Positions 58,818-64,000 of a stretch of DNA of 64,000 bases are shown in pieces; the first letter of the stretch is position 1; every line of letters starts with the position of its first letter. The notes under the pieces were generated by a model. That model did no database searches and was not told the origin of the DNA. It saw only the letters and a program-made list of their open reading frames with translations. The DNA is from Patescibacteria group bacterium (GTDB taxonomy: Bacteria > Patescibacteriota > Minisyncoccia > Phycocordibacterales > Phycocordibacteraceae), in the NCBI GenBank assembly GCA_038078715.1, contig JBBTSU010000005.1, forward strand, positions 3,048 through 67,047, read 5' to 3'. Both the position numbers and the translations under genes were made by a program.

Positions 58818-60554
58818 TTACTCTTCAGGCTCGGCATATTCTACCCTGTCCGGCGGAATTGCGTAGTAGCTGATCAAAAAGTTCGTGAGTTCCATAAATG
58901 GGTGCGTGAGTGTCTCAGACGCGTAGCGCACACCCCGTGGCTCCCGAGTATAGAGAAGGATAATGAACTTTGGCTCGTAGGCTGGAAAGTATCCAAAGAA
59001 GGAGTGGAAGTAGCGGTCATCATAGTACCCACCAGAAGGTGCAGAAATCTGTGCCGTACCCGTCTTTGCCGCAACGCTCATCTCTGGGATCGCAACCGTA
59101 CCACCGGCCAGTGAGTGATCCACCACATTCACGAGCATACGAGTCACCTCTTCTACTGATTCTGCGTCATACACCTCTTCTGGACTTCCCCACGAAAGAT
59201 CTTTGGTGATTCCCGACTCAAGCCGGATGGAGCGCACAATGTGTGGCGTCACCACCTTCCCGTCGTTGGCGAGCGCACCAAGTGCTTTGATCATTTCCAC
59301 TGGCGTCTGTGCAATACCCTGACCAAAGGAGGCGGTCGCATACTCCACATCACGAGGACTCTTCAAAATGTTGTCTATGGTGCCAGGAATCTCACTTGGA
59401 AGGTCTATCCCTGTTTCCGCACCCATACCAAGCTTTTCAAAGTAGTCACGAAATCGTTCGTGCCCGAGCTTTCCTGCAATAAACGACACGCCAGTGTTTA
59501 GCGACTGAGACAATATCTCCTGCATCGGCACCACGCCACGTGCCTTCCCGTCAAAGTTAGAGATGGTCTTGCTATTGAGGGTGATCGTCCCCGTGTCGTT
59601 ATAGGTCGTGTTCGCGGTAATCACGCCTGCATCTATACCAGAGGCCATGGTGAGTGGTTTTACGATGGAACCGAACTCGTATCGACGCTCCACCACTGGA
59701 TTACCAAAATACTCTGAATCTTCCTTTGCAAACACATTCGGATCAAAAGATGGCACCGTCTGGAGCGCGATAATCTCTCCCGTCTTCGGGTTCATAATGA
59801 TCCCACCCGTTTCGGCACTTCCGTATTTTGCATGTACATTGGAAAGCACCTGATCAAGTTTCTCAAGCACCACTGGCTCTATCGCCGTGACTAAGTTTCC
59901 AGAACGAGCATGGTTTGCGTTTCCTACCGCGTCATCAAGATTCGCAAACAACTCTGCAAAGAAGTTACCAAAGAGACCTGTGTTACTCCTGGACAACACA
60001 TCATCGTAGTAGCGCTCAAGACCGAAGCGTCCCGCAAGATCATTGTCGTTATCATAGGCCACAAACCCAACTGTCTGTGCCGCACGATCTTCTGCAGGAT
60101 AGATGCGCCAACGCTCTCGCTCTATGATCACGCCTGGAATATCAAGATCTGAAATTGCACGCCCGGTCTCTTCTGATACGCGACGGGCCAATACCTCGTA
60201 TGGATCATTCGTTTTTGCAGCTGCGGTCCGAAACTCTTCTTCTTCAAGCTCAAAATGTGTGGTAAGCGTCTCGTATACCTGATCTGCGTTCTTAAGCTTT
60301 GAAGGATCTATGGCAACCAGAAACCCGGTCCCGAGCGCAGCGCCTGAAAGCTGCGTACCGTCTTTACGGGTGAAGTAGATACTCCCGCGGTCATAGATGG
60401 TGCGACTTGCACTTACATACTGTCGTTCTGCACGAAGGGAGTATTCTTCCCCATCAACAATCTGTACGAAATAGAGTCGCGCGATCAAAAGAAACGCGAC
60501 CACCATGATGAGGGCGGCGATGACCCGGAGTCGTAACCGGAGAGCCGCACGCAT
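58818..60554 (-). CDS. ftsI: Class B penicillin-binding protein (FtsI-like)
   Basis: RGSIY, EFGSIVK (SxxK), SLN, KTGTAQ, in dcw context. Confidence 0.9.
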   Translation of the reverse strand: MRAALRLRLRVIAALIMVVAFLLIARLYFVQIVDGEEYSLRAERQYVSASRTIYDRGSIYFTRKDGTQLSGAALGTGFLVAIDPSKLKNADQVYETLTTHFELEEEEFRTAAAKTNDPYEVLARRVSEETGRAISDLDIPGVIIERERWRIYPAEDRAAQTVGFVAYDNDNDLAGRFGLERYYDDVLSRSNTGLFGNFFAELFANLDDAVGNANHARSGNLVTAIEPVVLEKLDQVLSNVHAKYGSAETGGIIMNPKTGEIIALQTVPSFDPNVFAKEDSEYFGNPVVERRYEFGSIVKPLTMASGIDAGVITANTTYNDTGTITLNSKTISNFDGKARGVVPMQEILSQSLNTGVSFIAGKLGHERFRDYFEKLGMGAETGIDLPSEIPGTIDNILKSPRDVEYATASFGQGIAQTPVEMIKALGALANDGKVVTPHIVRSIRLESGITKDLSWGSPEEVYDAESVEEVTRMLVNVVDHSLAGGTVAIPEMSVAAKTGTAQISAPSGGYYDDRYFHSFFGYFPAYEPKFIILLYTREPRGVRYASETLTHPFMELTNFLISYYAIPPDRVEYAEPEE

Positions 60555-60557
60555 AGG

Positions 60558-60842
60558 CTACTGATCCGCTCGTGAGAGCGACGAGACACCAGTACTTGAG
60601 ACGTACTCCACTGAGCGTGGGCTCGTGAAGCCACGTGCCACCGGGTCTATTGAAGAGTAGCGTTCAACTGACTCATAGTATTCAGTCTCAAGGCTAATCA
60701 CTGAGCCTTCCATCTCCTGAATGGAGCGAGCAAGACCTGTCTGCCAGGTCGCAAAGAAGACGGTCGCCGCAACACCAAGAAGATAGAGCGCAATGGCAAC
60801 AAGACAGGAGCACCCGAGGACTGGAATGGCGCGGCTAGACAT
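60558..60842 (-). CDS. FtsL-like protein (positional and topological call)
   Basis: Single TM plus coiled coil, between rsmH and ftsI. Confidence 0.6.
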   Translation of the reverse strand: MSSRAIPVLGCSCLVAIALYLLGVAATVFFATWQTGLARSIQEMEGSVISLETEYYESVERYSSIDPVARGFTSPRSVEYVSSTGVSSLSRADQ

Positions 60843-61785
60843 AAGCGTTTTGGGAGCTTCGCTCAAAGATACGAAGCTTGGCGCTTCGTGCGCGAGGATT
60901 TTGAGAGAGCTCTGCGGTAGATGGCACGATTGGTTTCTTCGTCACCAAGACTCCCCTTCCTTCATGTGCGGCATCACGGAACATCTGCTTTACGATGCGG
61001 TCTTCAATACTGTGGAAGGTGATAACGGCAATGCGTCCACCAACCTTAGTGCGTTCAATGGCGGTCGTGAGTCCATCACGAAGTGCACCAAGCTCGTCGT
61101 TCACCGCGATGCGAAGTGCCTGGAAGGTTTTGGTTGCAGGATGAATGCGACGGCTCTGATACCAACGTGGCGTAGAAGCAAGTACAATCGCAACGAGATC
61201 ATCAGTGGTTTCAATATCTTTTACCTCACGAGCTTCCACGACCCCACGAGCAATCTGGCGTGCAAAGCGCTCTTCACCAAGGGAATAGAGCATGTCAGCG
61301 ATCGCTTCTTCTGATGCTTTATTCAAAAGATCAGCAGCAGTATTCCCTGCCTTCGGTGTACCGTAGGTCATATGGAGTGGTTCCTGTGCACGGAATGAGA
61401 AGCCACGACCACTCGTCAAATGAAATCCACTCCATCCAAGATCAAACAGAGACTTATCAATGCACTCTATGGAGAGCTGGTCTAGCACTGAACCGAGGTT
61501 ACGAAAGTTTTCTTCTACCAGATGCACCGTTGCTTCAGCATCCATGCTCGTTGCCTGTGCGCGTTCAATCGCGCCCACATCGGCATCAATACCCACAAGC
61601 GTGCCTCGACCATCAAGCTCTCCAAGAATCTTCTTGAAGTGCCCTGCCCCACCAATCGTTGCATCAACGACAATATCGTTTGGCTGTATGGAAAGTCCGA
61701 CAATTGCTTCGGTAAGAAGCACGGTCTCGTGTGCGCCGGTGGTACTTGAAGAGAAAGAAGTCATGGAATTCAAAGTGATCGTCAT
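60835..61785 (-). CDS. rsmH: 16S rRNA m4C1402 methyltransferase (start 61785 or 61764)
   Basis: DATIGGAGH, DLG.S, HPATKTFQALRIAVNDEL, FHSIEDRIVK. Confidence 0.97.
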   Translation of the reverse strand: MTITLNSMTSFSSSTTGAHETVLLTEAIVGLSIQPNDIVVDATIGGAGHFKKILGELDGRGTLVGIDADVGAIERAQATSMDAEATVHLVEENFRNLGSVLDQLSIECIDKSLFDLGWSGFHLTSGRGFSFRAQEPLHMTYGTPKAGNTAADLLNKASEEAIADMLYSLGEERFARQIARGVVEAREVKDIETTDDLVAIVLASTPRWYQSRRIHPATKTFQALRIAVNDELGALRDGLTTAIERTKVGGRIAVITFHSIEDRIVKQMFRDAAHEGRGVLVTKKPIVPSTAELSQNPRARSAKLRIFERSSQNAYV

Positions 61786-61790
61786 AGGCA

Positions 61791-62225
61791 TTAGAGAGAT
61801 CCGGCGTCACCAAGCTTTTCCGCAAATGCATCTGCATCACGCTCAATGCTTGTGGTGTACTTCTTCCACGCCTTCTCATCCCAGATTTCAACGCGATCAT
61901 TCACACCGGCAATCACACTCTTTTCTGCAAGTGTGGCAAAAGAGCGAAGATAATCAGGAACGAGAATACGACCTGCAGTATCTACTTCTGCTTCAGATGC
62001 ACCAGCGAGCATAAGGCGAGCAAGACCACGACCTGCACTTCCACCAGTTGAGTGGCGTGCAATCTTTGCGGCTTCGTCCTTCCACGTATTTTTTGGATAC
62101 ACAAAAAGACAGTGATCAAGACCACGAGTGACAATCACTGAACGCCCGAGTTCTTTGCGGAATTTCGCCGGAAGAGAGATCCGGTTCTTCGTATCAAATG
62201 TGTGACGATATTCTCCGATGAACAT
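61791..62225 (-). CDS. mraZ: Division/cell-wall cluster regulator MraZ
   Basis: MFIGEY..DTKNRISLPAKFR..DTAGRILVP..VEIWD. Confidence 0.97.
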   Translation of the reverse strand: MFIGEYRHTFDTKNRISLPAKFRKELGRSVIVTRGLDHCLFVYPKNTWKDEAAKIARHSTGGSAGRGLARLMLAGASEAEVDTAGRILVPDYLRSFATLAEKSVIAGVNDRVEIWDEKAWKKYTTSIERDADAFAEKLGDAGSL

Positions 62226-62271
62226 AATGAAAGGTGGCGGAAGGATGAGGTGGAATCAGGCTTTTTTCATG

Positions 62272-62320
62272 AATCCCACTTCATCCCACTGGTAGGTAAG
62301 TATATGACACTTCATCCCAC
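62272..62320 (-). promoter_or_regulatory. mraZ promoter with MraZ-box direct repeats
   Basis: Minus strand GTGGGATGAA-GTGTCATATACT..GTGGGATGAA-GTGGGATT. GTGGG boxes, two of them 10 bp apart, flank a TATACT -10. Confidence 0.75.
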
Positions 62321-62331
62321 CCGAGGCGGGG

Positions 62332-62340
62332 TTATCCACA
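62332..62340 (+). promoter_or_regulatory. Perfect DnaA box upstream of mraZ
   Basis: TTATCCACA. Confidence 0.55.
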
Positions 62341-62342
62341 CG

Positions 62343-62371
62343 AAAAACGGCCGGGAGTACCGGCCGTTTTT
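62343..62371 (-). terminator. Intrinsic terminator after lysS
   Basis: AAAAACGGCCGG-gagta-CCGGCCGTTTTT. Confidence 0.85.
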
Positions 62372-62389
62372 GATCTCTATTTCCTCTCT

Positions 62390-63961
62390 TTATTTCATCG
62401 CTTCTTCAAGACGAGTAAGGACCATATCCCTCGGCAATACCGACAGGAACCACCCTGCCTTAGGTCCCGAGGTACGGTTCAAGAAGAGTCCGTAGATAGC
62501 GCTAAAGAGCTCTTTTGGAGCAATAGGAGCCTCAGTCTTAAGCTCATGCAGGCGAAGATGAAGCTCTTCTCCAGTACGCTCCTTCTCGGCAAGGAAATCT
62601 TTGAGGAGAGAGAGTGCGTGCTTTTGCACGTCAGTGAGTGCTATCTCGGGCATGTTTTTCTGAAGCTCGTACTTGTATTCGAGAGGTGCATACGTCGCAA
62701 GCCAGAATCGTGCGTAGTCCGCACGTTCTTTAAGCATCGTTTTCTCCTCATCAGTCAGTGGCTCACCCTTAGCGCTTGCCGCCTCGTCTTCAAGCGAGAG
62801 GTGCGGCATCTGCACCATGAAGGCAACCTGACCAAAGCGAAGCTGCCATGGCGCGCGTCCTTCTGCACGGTCTTTCGGAAGCTGACAAAAGGCATGGAGA
62901 CGCGTGAAGTCATCAGCTACGCCCTCACGTACCTTCTCTGCGATCTCGTCATACCAGTCATACACACGCGGCACCGAGTCCCCCGACGGATCCACATCAA
63001 TCTGCTGCATCGGCTCCTTGCCAAGCAAAGTAAGGCGAAGTGCCTCAGTCGGAAAGAGCTCCGACATTTCTTTTGCAGAAGATCCCCTACCCTTTGACGA
63101 AGACATTTTCTTTCCGCCGACCAAGAAGAACTCGTATGGAATATCAAACGGTTCTTCGTATCCGAATACTTCTTTAGAGATGTGCTTAGACACATCGCGT
63201 GAGCCACCTTTAGTGGAATGGTCTTTCCCTGCGCCTTCAATATCAACTCCCATCGCCACCCACTTGGCTGCCCAGTCTACCTTCCAGAAGAGCTTCATGG
63301 CGGCACCTTCAGGACGCACGCGTCCCGTGTGCCCACACGGCACTGTATCGTCTGGTGAACGATCACAGGTATATCCGACGGTTTCTCCATCGTAGTCATG
63401 CGCACGCGTGGTCATTATCTTCTCGCACTTCTCACACACCACCGATACCGGAAGCCACGACTCATCTTTCTGAGAACCTGATACTTCTTTCAAGATGCGA
63501 CGAATATCTTCCGCACGCTTAAGTGCCGTTTTGATAAGTGCATCCATCTTCCCTGCGGCGTACAAATCTTTGTAGGTACGATAGTACTCAGGAAAGAATC
63601 CTGCTTTTGCATGCACGGCCGCAAATTCTGCACCGTAATACTCCGCATAGTTTTCAAACCCTGGTTCTGGTGAAGGCACTCGGTAAAGCGGTTTGCCGAG
63701 ATGTTCTTTGAATTTTCCTTGATCTAAGTACCCCGGTACCGTATCAAACGGATCAAAGTCATTGAACTCAAACAAAAATTTGTTTGGTATCCCATACTCG
63801 TTTAATACTTCGGCAATGGCACCGTGAATCGCAACGCCACGCATAGAGCCGATGTGGACACGACCAGAAAGTGTCTTCTCGTCACGTATGACGAAAGTTG
63901 TGCCGTCACGCGGCTTCCTCGTATCTTGTATTTCCTTTCCTATGCGGTCTGCCCAGAACAT
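62390..63961 (-). CDS. lysS: Class I lysyl-tRNA synthetase
   Basis: MFWAD, SGRVHIG, KL.WKVDW, GKDH, KMSSSKG, GPKAGW. Confidence 0.95.
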   Translation of the reverse strand: MFWADRIGKEIQDTRKPRDGTTFVIRDEKTLSGRVHIGSMRGVAIHGAIAEVLNEYGIPNKFLFEFNDFDPFDTVPGYLDQGKFKEHLGKPLYRVPSPEPGFENYAEYYGAEFAAVHAKAGFFPEYYRTYKDLYAAGKMDALIKTALKRAEDIRRILKEVSGSQKDESWLPVSVVCEKCEKIMTTRAHDYDGETVGYTCDRSPDDTVPCGHTGRVRPEGAAMKLFWKVDWAAKWVAMGVDIEGAGKDHSTKGGSRDVSKHISKEVFGYEEPFDIPYEFFLVGGKKMSSSKGRGSSAKEMSELFPTEALRLTLLGKEPMQQIDVDPSGDSVPRVYDWYDEIAEKVREGVADDFTRLHAFCQLPKDRAEGRAPWQLRFGQVAFMVQMPHLSLEDEAASAKGEPLTDEEKTMLKERADYARFWLATYAPLEYKYELQKNMPEIALTDVQKHALSLLKDFLAEKERTGEELHLRLHELKTEAPIAPKELFSAIYGLFLNRTSGPKAGWFLSVLPRDMVLTRLEEAMK

Positions 63962-64000
63962 GCTCCCAATCGTAGCACGCTAGGCAACTTTCTGAACGGT

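Noticed and set aside
6314-62371. CCCGC-N5-GCGGG hairpins as a REP/MITE family
   Set aside because: Each sits right after a stop codon with a U-tract and varies in stem and loop, as expected for ordinary intrinsic terminators.
100-63395. Long antisense or overlapping ORFs (e.g. 31632-32336, 36354-37061, 54122-54826)
   Set aside because: They are shadow frames of well-supported genes and show no recognisable motifs.
1-64000. Genome-wide stop-codon reassignment (TGA=Gly/Trp or TAG=Gln)
   Set aside because: Conserved genes end at the expected lengths with TGA (ftsW, murG, radC) and TAG (purF, grpE, dnaJ). The scpA TAG is an isolated case.

Overview
Chromosomal segment of a small-genome bacterium, most likely CPR/Patescibacteria (Parcubacteria-like). 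This assignment is inferred from the class I LysRS, the short non-discriminating AspRS, the FtsA-like plus baseplate-J-like gene pair and the many apparently leaderless genes. Standard code 11 applies. Content is mostly housekeeping: the alpha operon plus rplM-rpsI, grpE/dnaK/dnaJ, six aminoacyl-tRNA synthetases, tRNA-Tyr and tRNA-Glu, a split dcw cluster, scpA/scpB, dnaB, recR, rmuC and radC. Gene orientation flips at about 38.7 kb. A near-palindromic 11-6-11 dif-like site lies there with GGGNAGGG (KOPS) motifs converging on it, so the window probably spans the replication terminus. The leads most worth following are: (1) a candidate signalling module of a Cys-rich surface protein, an unknown 280-aa protein and a 7TM histidine kinase; (2) two unrelated orphan genes sharing a terminator-promoter-MxEGP 5' module; (3) an in-frame TAG at codon 3 of scpA; (4) archaeal-type purO together with purF. 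No CRISPR array, rRNA gene, transposase or prophage was seen. All family assignments come from motif recognition by eye, not from database searches.
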